A DNA stretch of 64,000 bases from Tubiluchus corallicola (taxonomy: Eukaryota > Animalia > Priapulida), in the NCBI GenBank assembly GCA_030141605.1, contig JAQGDQ010000128.1:1-64000 (forward strand), in the 5' to 3' direction. Below are positions 1 through 17,470 of the stretch, piece by piece. The position numbers and the translations under genes were made by a program. The notes beneath the pieces were generated by a model, which did not search any database, had not been told where the DNA came from, and saw only the letters and a program-made list of their open reading frames with translations. The stretch's first letter is position 1, and the number at the start of each line of letters is the position of its first letter.

Positions 1-283
1 AGTGTTTAGATAAGCAGCTAAAGCCAGAGCTGCGCAATCAAAATTTTCTGAAAATAAACAGCAGCCATTGATCGAAATATTTATGTTGAAATTTGCATTT
101 ATTGTCAATTAATTTCAATTCAGTTCAATAGTTTCTGTATTTCTTTGATTACATTTTAAAGATTACTTGATTTATCACTAGTGTGCGAGATTCTAGGACT
201 ATATAGTGAAGGCAGTTTCCGCACTATCAATACTGCATGATAATAATAAGTGATATTCAGTTAATACATACACGTTTTTATAG

Positions 284-5026
<4,743 letters not shown>

Positions 5027-5275
5027 AACATTAATATGTGACTTGTAAGCACTTATGAAGAAAAAATGTAGGATGTAACTTTTTCTGTGTTTTTTAAGAG
5101 TGATTTATATTGTGTCAGATGACTTATCTTATGAACTTATTGTATTTCGAACAAATTTGTGGTACCAGAATGGTTTCTTACATGCACAACCATAGCATGT
5201 GCTTGCTAAGATATCAGATGTCACATGCCACATCTACTGTATTTTGATTTTTATTATGACAAGAAAAAAGCATTT

Positions 5276-5281
5276 AATAAA
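5276..5281 (+). terminator. Candidate polyadenylation signal of CYP-A
   Basis: AATAAA ~250 nt after the stop codon. Confidence 0.5.
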
Positions 5282-6036
5282 TTTTCTATAATGCGTGTAC
5301 ATGTATTGTATATAGTGCAATAACTTACATAACAAAATGTATTATGTAGCACTGGTTTTTGATTATGATATAATATATCGTATGCAGTGTGCATTATCTA
5401 GGTGCTGTTGATGAATAACAGTTTTCTAACAGAATCGAAAAAATTATAAGCTGCTCGAACTGTTGCCTGCAGATGACTTTACCTGGAGGCCAAAATCAAG
5501 AGTTGAATGAACATTTTTAATCTTCATCTCCCTCCCTTATTAGGAGTTTAACCTATATTGTCTAATTGGTACAAAGCAGACTGTTATCATCATGAAATTA
5601 CCTGGTGAAATTAATTAGCAGTTGCATTTCCAAGTGCATAATTCGATAAGTAAGTTGAAGCCGATCTATGTTTTAACATATTAAAATATTTTACCTGAAC
5701 GTTTATGTGCATACAGCATTGAGGACTTAGATTAAAATTACTTACAGAGAAATATAAATCTACTTTTAATGTAATGATGGTGTTAATTAAATGCTGTGAC
5801 TAAAAATTAATTAAAAAACTCTTTTTCATTCTATTAAATGTCCTGCAAGTTAATTATTTAAATTTCATTACAAAAATTTATGTACATTTCATCGGACAGC
5901 AATATTTTTTTATGTAGTAAAAGTTGTAAAGACACTTGGTTGGCAGCTTTTATGCATGCAGATGTTCGTTTAGAATTTCAAAATGTTGTTTGGGATTTTC
6001 GTTAAAAGAAGACAGGATGATTTTTTATACACTATC

Positions 6037-6478
6037 CCATTTTCAAGTACGGTAAAAAGTATCCATTTTAACACCAATAGTACTATAAACGCATTTTGCT
6101 TTGCGGAAGCGAAAATGAAGCTACTGTAAGAGATTCAGTTTGTTGTTATAAAACTCGGCAAGTTTTAAGACAAAAATTCAAATATCAACGCAGTGTTCAC
6201 GCATTAGCGGTCGAACGTATGCAGTACGTCAGAAACGAACACATTTGAACTGAGAGGACAGCGCCGGTTTTTTTGCAATGCAGAATGGCGAATGCATGTA
6301 ACAGCGACGGGTAAGTGGCGCGAACGCCAAATTGCGTTTATGCGGTAACAATTCTTTCACGCAAGGCATTCTGGAAAAAATAATTTAAATACTGCTTTAA
6401 GTATTTTAAAGAATAAATTATTTTGACTTGCAGTTTAAGATGCGCCCGGTTTTGCTTTAAATTATAACTTTCGTTCAC
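6037..6478 (+). repeat. Interspersed repeat family A, copy 1
   Basis: Colinear similarity to 12861-13460 (CATTTTCAAGT..AAAAAGTAT, ATGCATGTAACAGCGA, TGCAGTTTAAGAT..TTTGCTTTAAATT). Confidence 0.8.
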
Positions 6479-7034
6479 ATTAAGTCTACTGCTTTTTCAA
6501 ACATTTGTCTCTAAATGTTTCTTTAACATTCTAAGTCATTTTGCCAGATGTAAATTCGTAACAGGTAATTAACGGTAACAATCGATACATTTTCAACAGT
6601 TTTCCCGCAAGTTGTCCAACCTTTGAAAAAATCTACATATTATTGTACTATTATGTGTACTTGTATTATTGAAAACATAATCTTGCTGTCACTTGTTCCT
6701 CTTTACTTGTGAAAATCAGTTTGTGACTTAAATGAGTCAAATGCGGTTAATTAGATTCTTAGCGCAATGAATAAAATCCTACATCTAGCACCAGTTTCTT
6801 TTATTTTCAATATAGCCAAATGATCTCAACCTTCCGAATCACCCGATATCTCATTCACTGTTAGTTTAGGCCCTATTCTATGTATTTAACTCAATCAAAG
6901 TACACAACCTATGATCACGAGCTTTAACGCCTCACGTTATTATTGGCTAGAAAAACTTTGCCGACAAGGTCATGTGTGATTTGCTCTCAATTTTCGGTGA
7001 TATGTTTACAAAATTTTAGGCAGTATATTTACCA

Positions 7035-7567
7035 TTTTGCATGTATTTGGAAAAGTTTGGGTAAGTGGAATTTAAGGAATAGATGTCTATATTTTTTTCT
7101 TAAAACTTATTATACTTTTGATGATGATTGGCAGTGCGCTACTTTCCTTCAAGACGAATTACGTCGCTGGAAGAAGAATGGACATTGAAAATACGAGCGC
7201 CCAAGCATGAAGTGATAGTGACATTAAAATTATTTTACTCGTTAAACAAGTTCGTTGTTGCAATTTTATTACCAGATCAACATTTTTCGCAAACATTGAA
7301 ATAAGCCTAACTTCCTAGAAAGCTCAGCTTTTCCTTTAATTTACCACTTTCTTAACCAGAAAATATATAATCGTCTAGTACTTTTAGTATAATGCATTCT
7401 AATAGAAATTGTTACTATTCACGATTACAATATAATGACCTTAAAAATTGTACCCATAAACGTTTGTACGCACACATAGTGTTTGTGTGACTCATAACTT
7501 GTATCTATGGGTTGCTATAATAACTTACATACTAGGTTAAACAGAAATAAAACTCTGGTTTTTTCAG
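7035..7567 (+). other. Putative 5'-UTR exon end and 5'-UTR intron of CYP-B
   Basis: Donor TTGG|GTAAGT at 7061 and acceptor TTTTTTCAG ending 7567, 4 nt before the ATG; same arrangement in CYP-C. Confidence 0.55.
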
Positions 7568-7943
7568 ATTGATGATGGCAAATTTGAGGCTTATGGACGT
7601 GCTTCTGCACTTAGATGCTGCAACTGTATTACTGTTATCATTACTAAGCCTTCTCACTGTTTATTGGTTAAGTTTTCCGCGAGGACTTCCGCCTGGACCT
7701 ACCGGAGTACCACTAATGGGATATATACCATTTGTAACCAATGTGCCATACATAAAATTTGCAGGTATGCTATCGACCCCATTTTCTCGATCAAGCAAGT
7801 GGTGCTGACAACTCGTATAGCAGCGTCTAGTTTTTTGTTATATTTACTTATTTACTGCTGTGTTTACCTATCTTGAGGGCAGATTTCCTTTATATGTTTA
7901 GAATTCCGAATTCCAGATGTCTGGAACAGACATAATTGGCATA

Positions 7944-8056
7944 ATGATGATGACGAAGCTAGTGCTGTTGCTGCTGATGATGATGATGACGGTGGCGGTG
8001 GCGGTAGTGACGATGATGACGATGACGACGATGATTATGATAATGATGATAATGAT
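7944..8056. repeat. Degenerate (GAT/GAC/GGT)n trinucleotide repeat
   Basis: Visible directly in the CYP-B intron after coding exon 1. Confidence 0.85.
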
Positions 8057-11000
8057 CTCATTTTGCTACTTTGAGACTCACAGATTTTAACTATTGGTGA
8101 TGGCAACAGCAATGGCGAGACTGCCTCAGTTGGAAATAGAAAAATACTCTTTCTCGAATAACAGCAAAATAGTTTATATTTAATTGACGTTTAAAATCAT
8201 GTCATAAATGCAATCAGAGCTGAAAATAGCCCACTTCATTCAGGCGACTTTGGGCCAAGCTTTGACCAACTTGTCCTATGCCTAAAATGAGCTCATCTTA
8301 TAGCTAACATTACCTTTACGCAGATAAACCAAATAGACCCTGATTTTAATTTTATTGTGTAGCATTTACACAAATATTTATTTTTCGTGAAACTTTTGTA
8401 TTCCTTATAGGTCTATAATGTCGAATTATGTATAATATAGTCATGAACAGCAATATATATACAGTTTAATTTTCCATATAAATAAGGGATCCTTATTTCT
8501 TTCACTATGTTAGAAATCTCATTTCAAATGAATTTTTTACAGAACTTGGCAAGAAATATGGACCAGTGTTTACTGTCTGGTTTGGAAATATACCCGTGGT
8601 TGTCTTTCATGGTTTTGACGCAGTGAAGGAAGCTTTTGTAGACAGAGAAGCAGATTTTATGAATAGACCTACTCATTACTTTTATTTGCTTCATAAGATT
8701 TCTGGCGTTGATAAAGGTAACTATAGTTATTGCGCAATTTATGTGGATCCGAATATCACTGTAGATAACAGTTTTTTAGCTGGTGTGTGTATGTGTGCTG
8801 CGCTAAAAGCGCACTACTATCTAAATGACTATTGCATTGGATTCATAATGCTGATAGAAGATGGCGCCCACACTAAAATCGAAATTAAAGAACGCAGATA
8901 AGAAGTGACTAGCTAGTTCTCAACTAGTTCACAAATATAAATATTGCACAGAAATAATTTTACAATTGATAGACCAGTATAACAAGCCAAACTAACTACT
9001 ACAGAAACTGTGGCCTATGCGTTCTAAGGTTTACGTACCTGTACATTAATGAATCATAAAACGTCAATGCCAAGTTACTGTATCATAATTACACTTAACG
9101 TGAACGTAATATGAACTTGAAATTAAGTCAATGCATACCTAAAATCAATGCTTCACGATAGTTATAAATTTAAAAAACCTCAATTAACATATGGTTTGTT
9201 ACTCGCACGTGTGCACGCAAACATATGCGAGCACACGTCCACACGCATGAGCCTATAATTTATAATTAATTTTTTGCGTTACTTTAAAACATTTTTTCAG
9301 GGTTATTTTTCACTGAATTTGGAGAGCACTGGAAAAACACCCGAAAATTTACCCAAACGGCACTTAAAGATTTCGGCGTTGGCAAAGTATCTTTGGAAAA
9401 TCGAATTCTCAGCGAACTAGAAGCTGTGTCTACAGAATTCGCAAACCTGGAAGAAAAACCTTTCAACCCTCGAAAAATCCTTATGATGGCAGCATCAAAT
9501 ATAATAGCTTCTATATAAAAGGTAGGTGCATCACGCTTTTCGTCTCTGACCAACGTATTTTAAAATCAATATTGACTTTCTGTACAAAATATTACACCTA
9601 TCCTACCTTCCTTTTTCAAACAAAAGGTTTGATCTAGTGTCGTCTCGTTGATGGTTTATTTTTCGAATCAGGCCCGAAGAAAGGGGGCTCGAAAAAACTG
9701 ACCGTTTTTCGCACGACTTTTACTCCTTATTTCTAGAGAAAGGGAACCTGCTGCATGGAGAAGTGTTTATAGTGGCATATTGGTTGGATAGACCGTACAA
9801 TGCTGGGAGTAGTACTCATATTTAAAATTCGCCGGAGACATACTGTTTTCAGTAACGAGTGTTTTCCGGGACCCATACGCGCAAATTTTACGAAAAATTG
9901 TACAAGCGGCCTCCAAAGAAAATCGATTTGTGCAACTGTTTGGGCATGTAGGAAAAAATAGGCTCACCATGGAAAGACGTTAAACATCGTTCACAATACT
10001 ATTGAATTTGGAAGTTGTTGAATTTTGGTTGACATGGAAAGAGCCCCTTGATCTTACAAGGTAATGCAGCTTGGAAAGGTTTTGGCTTTTTTACTTTTTT
10101 TCTGTCATGTTCTATGCGAGAATGAGAAACAAACGCGCGTTAGGGCCTATAGGTCTACCCGTTCTTTGAAACATTCAGCCGTTGGGACAGGCGGCCTGCA
10201 AAAAATCTTAAAATGAGCCTGAACTTGTTTAGCAAAACCGGCGCGTCAAATCAACCGTCTAACCGTTCATTGAAATGTAAACCTGCATGCACTTCATTTT
10301 GGATGAACAGGCTTCATGCGTAACTCATTCAATTAGCAGCCAGATCTATTAACGGGATCCATTAGCGGGCTTTGTGTATATTTGAGAGGCGGGGCTATCT
10401 GTATTCTTGATGGTACCCTCGATGAAAACTCCGTCAATGTGCCAAGTTTCAGCTCCGAATATGCAATACCGGAAGCGTGCATAAAGAAACAGATACCATA
10501 TACGCATTCACGCATGCACACACGCGCACACATGCACGTGCGCAGACACATCCTATGTAATATTTTATATTAGCATGATAACTGTGATATTATTGTGGTT
10601 ACTTTAGGATGGATTATACCGACGAAAAATTTATAAAGCTGGTTGGAATAAATGAGGAATTCTTTCAACTCCCTCTTTCTTCCTCGCCAGTCAATATTTA
10701 TCCTTGGCTGCGGTTTATTCCCGGATTTAGCACCACTCCCAAAAAGGCTTTTGCAGCTAACGATCGCATAAATTCTTATATCGCAGAGGTATGTAAAGCG
10801 GAGATTACCCTATTATTGTTAACCAATATGTGTAAGATTTTTTGCATAATTAAATTATCAAGATAATTATCCATAAAAATAAGAATTTTATCCGAGATAA
10901 AACCACGATTTCCACAATGAGTAATTTTTCGAAATGGGATTTTTTTAGTTATCTATGGAGTCCTCGTTCATAGTATTTACATATTTTTCAAAAGTGTTTT

Positions 11001-12026
11001 TATTGTTTTTCAACAATGCACAGAAATGGCGAATGAGTTTTTTTTAATTTGATGGAATTAATTGAAAATATAAGCTTTAATGAGAAAAGCGGAATTTTTA
11101 TTGTTTAGGCATCAATTAGAAATTTGTTCTCAATAATCATTATAACCACCATCGTTATGTTCATCCTTCAGCTCCTCCACTTTGTATTTATCATTATAAT
11201 GCTCTGCTTCCACCTCGTCATTGCCATTATCACCATCTGTCATAGCCCTACTACCAATATCGCCATCGTCTTTCTCACCTTCGTCCTTATCTTCCTCTCT
11301 ATCCTTCTCATCTTGTTGTCGTTGTCGTCATGAAAATATTAGTTTTTTGAGTAAAATGTCTTATTTTTCTCAGACGCACAGTAGCTTCATTATCAAAGCA
11401 AGGTCTGGATTCAAGTGCGTATTCAAAACTGTCGAGTTTCAGTGTAATGCTGGATGTTACTAAGACCTATCGCATTTTTTCACTCTTTTTGGACGTCTTA
11501 GACATTCAGAACACTCCGCTACAAGACCTATTCTGAGTTGAATTAGCACCTTGACTGGCACCTATTTAAGTAACGACGTTAATCCTTTGAGTTGTGGGTG
11601 TATAGATTAAGTACACTCACTATTTCTTACAGAACTCTGTTAGTGTCAATTTTCTTTCTGAAAAATGTAAGCACCTCGTTATAATGCAATAACTATCTCA
11701 TTATTCTCATCATAACGACTTACTGATTCGAGCTACTACCTCTCATTATAACGAGGCAGCTATGTCGCAATAACGAGATAATTATATTTTTTCAAAAAAA
11801 AAGTTGACACCAATGGAGCTCGGTTGCTTGTTGCCTATGCCTTGTTTAGACGGTTGTTGGATGTTGTTGGATGCAGTCGGGCTGACGTCGGAAGATGTCG
11901 GACGTGTCAACTTACACGATCCGATTTCTATCCGAATAAACTTATGGTTCTAATTATCCGCAAAATAAACAGTATGAAGAAATAAAATATAATTGTTCTG
12001 TTCATTGTTAAATGCTGTAGCCCCGT

Positions 12027-12576
<550 letters not shown>

Positions 12577-12860
12577 CTACGCTACTTGTAAATAGTTTAA
12601 TGTGCGCATAATATATTTAAAGTATTTAAATATATGCGTAATAATGAACAGCTGTAATTTGCCTTATTTACACTATTTAATATTGTTTTTCATATTCATA
12701 ATAGTCAACATGATGTCACGTGAACGCAAGAAGTGTTGTTATTGGCTGTCATCCCAGAAGTCGGAAGGCAGGTGGAAAAAAAGTTGAGCAACTTCTGACT
12801 TTCATCCCACATCAATGTTGGATGTTAAAAGACAACAGGACGATTTTTCATATGCTACCT

Positions 12861-13460
12861 CATTTTCAAGTCAGATAAAAAGTATACATTTTAACACAAT
12901 TAATACTGCAAAAGCGTTTCTGATAATTAAATAATAGATTAAAAACTTAATTAACAGCGGGCGAGCCCAACTATTCACAAACTAACATAATTTTCAACAG
13001 TAAAAAATATTCCACGAGCGTGTTGCACGTGTTTGCGAAAGCGAAAATTGAAGTACAGTGCTACTGCAAGACATTCAGTGTGTTGTTCAAAAACTGGGCA
13101 AGTTTTAAAATAAAAAAATCAAATTTCAAATTACTGCTGTGCTCACGCATGAGCTGTCGAACGTGTGTAGTTCGTCACAGACTAACACATCTAAACAGAG
13201 AAGTAGGTGAAGCACCTGTTTTTGTGCAATGCGTTTCCGAAATGCAGGCATTAGTGCCCGTCTAACCACCGAGTGGCGAAATGCATGTAACAGCGAAGAA
13301 CTGGCGCGAATTTGCAATTGTGTTTGTGCGGTAATAATATTTTCACGTTTGTCATTTTTGAAAAAATAGTATACTTCCTTTCAATATTTTAAAGAGTAGA
13401 TTGTTTTGTCCTGCAGTTTAAGATTGAGTCCGACTTTGCTTTAAATTTTCTCGTTTACAC
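12861..13460 (+). repeat. Interspersed repeat family A, copy 2
   Basis: Matches 6037-6478 with extra internal segments. Confidence 0.8.
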
Positions 13461-15237
13461 GACGTTTGACAAAATCTGTCCGACATTTTGTCGGATGACT
13501 TTGTCCGATCGCGTAAACGATTTATCCGACCTCGTCCGACTTCATCCGACAATCCGACTTTGTCAGATCGTCTGTCGGGCATTATATAACTAGCTATGGT
13601 CATAATTTCAGTTCATTGAAGAACATCGTGCTAGTTTTGACAAGAACAATGTCAGAGATTTCATTGATTATTACCTGAAAGGCTCATCAGAAATGCAAGA
13701 AGGCCGAAATGAGAAATGTAAGAACATTTGCTGAGTGTATAGGGTTTAGGAAATCATTGTATATCTATTATTTTTCGCATTTCACTTTATTTGAATTAAC
13801 GTATCATTTTCTTTTAACTCATTACAATTCATTACCGCAATATCCAGTCTTACGAGTTCATTATAGTCATGTTCCGATACATAAAAGGCAAACTGTACAA
13901 AAATTATGTTACGTGTATTAAGTAAAAAAAACAGCCAGTCACTGAGTTAAAAAATAACTACAAATTTGATAATTCATTACACGTTAATACTGACGGGAAT
14001 ATTTATTAGTACGGTCATATAGCAAATATCATATCATTAAACAAGCAAAATTATGCAGGCACAAATTTGTAGTAATAATTACTTACAACATTTCTTTTTT
14101 ATGCAGGGACAGACGAACATTTGTTCTCGATCATAACGGATTTGTTTAGTGCTGGGACAGAGACAACTGCTGCAAGTCTTTGTTGGTTATTTCTGTATTT
14201 ACTTAAGCATCCAGAAATACAGATAAAAGTACAAGCAGAAATTGACAAGGTATTCTTTATAGTAAACTGGCTGAAATACTCGATGTTAATGGGATTGTAA
14301 GTTTTTTTACGCACTGCAGCTCTCTTGAATTTATGTAAAGATGCATATTGCACGTGCCAGATTGCTTAACCTAAGAATACAGCGGTTGTTAATGTCTGCC
14401 CTTGTTTTTTATAATTTGTCCATATTTCAGCAAGTTTATGTAAGAAAAGGTGTGTAAGTAAGGTTAGGTTATATAATATAACACAACCTCTCTCCAGTTT
14501 AGGTGACACTGTGTCCATTAGCTTATTTGAATTTCGTAAATTCACGAAAATTAATGAATTTTCTAGTTTGCAAAAGGGCCTAGCTCGGCTTGAATGTGAA
14601 TGAGTGACACAATCCTTCAGATTTCAGATATAGCTTCTTTAAAAATCCTATGTTCATCAGTAAAATGACAGTCGATCATAAAATGAGCTAAAAATTTTCC
14701 ATTCTCTTTGCACATGACTGTGTAATCGAATGAAGGGAGGGATGGACAAACGAACAGGCAGAGGAAGGGACGACGCGGACGAATAGTGGGACGAGTGGAT
14801 GTACAGAGAAGCTCAAGTACCGCTGAGCATGTGAATAAACAAACTAACAAACAGACAGACAAACATGAATGAGCGATCTAAGCTAGCAAATGAACAAATT
14901 TAGAAATTGAACAAACGAATGAACAAATAAATAATCAAATAAATTGACATTAGGATTAAAACCCACATACATTTACTTTTCTATATTTCTACATTGTTTC
15001 AGCGTGTTGCTAAAAATAGTCTAGTAATACTTGTGATTCTGTATTTAAATTTTCTTGTGCAGGTTATTGGTGACAGGTATCCTAGATTTAGTGATCGCAA
15101 TGACATGCCCTATGTTAATGCAGTTATCAGTGAAATGCAACGTCATGCTAATATCGCTCCACTTGTAGCTCCGCACTCACCTATAAAGGATACGACATTC
15201 CGAGGATATAATATTCCACGGTAAATAGATTCAAATA

Positions 15238-15722
15238 GGAAGAAAAGGAAATTTTAAAGTACATCTCAAAGAACTTTCCATACAAAGTTATATTACTTAG
15301 CCTTACGCTTATCTGTTTGAAAGACTTATGATACTGGAAAAGAAAAATCTTCATAATTTAAAATGTTCAGCCCAGCTGGTAAAATGGCACAGCATCACCA
15401 TCCCAGTGTGCAACCATGATTCACCAAAAATACATTATTGATCTTATCGACAACATAAGTTAATTTATTCTTCTGGTTAGTTAGCGAAGAGTGAGCCACG
15501 AATGCTCTGATTATTTTTTCAAACTTTATGCTATGTTATCTAAACTTGTTTTAAACGACTTATCGTCAAAATAGCTGTGCTTAACGGTCATCGTGGGAGT
15601 TTAATTTACAAGTTTCATAAACTGCTGACACAAACTTTGTATGCAATAAGACAGCATATAAGTGATACAAAATTTCAAGACGAACTTTTTAAGCGTTATT
15701 TATGAAAAACGTTTTCTTGGGT
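15238..15722 (+). repeat. Interspersed repeat family B copy (CYP-B intron 7)
   Basis: GAAGAAAAGGAAATTTTAAAGTA...ACAAAGTTATATTACTTA...GCAATAAGACAGCA shared with three other copies. Confidence 0.85.
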
Positions 15723-17308
15723 TTCGGGGGTTAAGAACTATGAATTAACCAAACAGTTTGTATTTAGCTAGATTGTAAGTGAACAGTTCTCAAACGGCAA
15801 TTTTTATCCGAAAAATTTACAAACAAATGAACAGTTTTTTGAGACTCAATTGGAGCGTATCACTGTCATTGCAGAGTCGGACAATTGAGATAATCACTTG
15901 ACAATTGTTACGGTCAACTGAGATTATGCGATTTCTTGTAGACTTACAAAAATTCACTTGTTTATTTGAGCACTTTAAGCATAATATGACGCGCTTTTGT
16001 TAACATAAGATTATTGTCATTTTAGCAATTTCAATTTATAAATTTTCTTAACTGTGCCTGTCTGTAGTGAAACTGTGTGTAATTGATTAGAACTTTATAT
16101 TAATATTACCGAAGTTATAGATAGGAACTGGTTTACTTTTACTGTAGTATCGTTGCATATGTTAAACTAAGATTCGTTACATATAATATATATAATGCAA
16201 TGATGTTATAAAATATTATTTTATTCACAAAGCAGAATGTGATGATGACCCTCTTGCGAAAAACGTTCCAATTTTCAAAGGCCGCATGACAAAAATATGT
16301 ATGAAAAAAATGTGAAAACAACCCATTCATATGTAAATTACCATTTAAGAATTGTTTTTCGTCCATTTCAGTCGTAGCCTTGTATTTGCAAATTTGTATT
16401 CAGTACATCGGGACCCAAAATACTGGACAAGCCCTGATGAATTTAATCCGAACCGCTTTCTAGACGAGTCTGGCAATTACGTGAAACATGAAGCGTTCAT
16501 GCCTTTTTCCATTGGTAAAAAACTTATATAAGTTTTTCAACGCGCGGAAGAGCATTTTTTTATTTAATAATGCTAATGCTTGTATAAAATGTTGTTTTTT
16601 AAATAGTTCACGTAATTTTTTTAAATTTTGATGCCGGATTGTGTTCCGCCTTTTAGCACTTACCTAAACTTCGTGCGCTTTCCATAAAAATGACATTTTT
16701 GTGGAGGTTACCAAAAAATATATTTCATGCCGCAAAGTAACTATACTTAAACGTGTTACGTTGTCCCGTACCAGCATGTATTTTAAATAGCGTGGTTTTT
16801 ACCTTTATAGGTCGCCGTATATGTCTAGGAAAGCAACTTGCAACTATGGAACTTTTCATGTTTTTCACTTTCCTGTTACAAAGGTTCCACATAAAAGCAG
16901 CGGATGATTCTGAAGTCAGTTTTGAGTCCATTTATGGGATCACAAGATCTGCGAAGCCCTACGAAATTGTTGCAGAGCCAAGACAGTATTAGCTGTTGAG
17001 ATGAATTGTTATCTCATAAGAATGAAAAAGCTGTGTTAACATGTAATTTTGTCCTGTTAAGGGATTTAAAAAGTCACTTTTCTTTGCTCGTAAATATCCA
17101 CAGAATTAAATAATCATGTGCATTTACGTTTGCTTGATTGAGATTATGTTCTGTGCTATCGCTACAAGAAATATATCTAATTTATCAATCATTGTTGAGC
17201 CACTTTTCTAAATTTCAAGAGGCCTCTCAGTACTCCTGCATGATAGCTTGTGCCTTAAGGCTGCAAAGTCGATGCACGCAAGTTGCTGGATTGTCAAAAT
17301 TAATGAAT

Positions 17309-17470
17309 GTAGGTAAAAATGGCGCAGGTAAAAATGGCACATGGAAAAATGGAGCAGGCAATAATGCAACAGCACAAGTGGCACCAATGGAAAAGTACGA
17401 AAAAATGGCACAAATAATTTATATAATAGAACTAGAATGCATTCAGTAGAAGAGCAACTCCACCAAGGTC
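17309..17470 (+). repeat. Repeat family C copy 1: 15-bp GG(T/A)AAAAATGGCACA array plus ACTAGAATGC..CAGTAG..CCAAGG motif
   Basis: Same two-part structure at 40325-40573. Confidence 0.75.
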
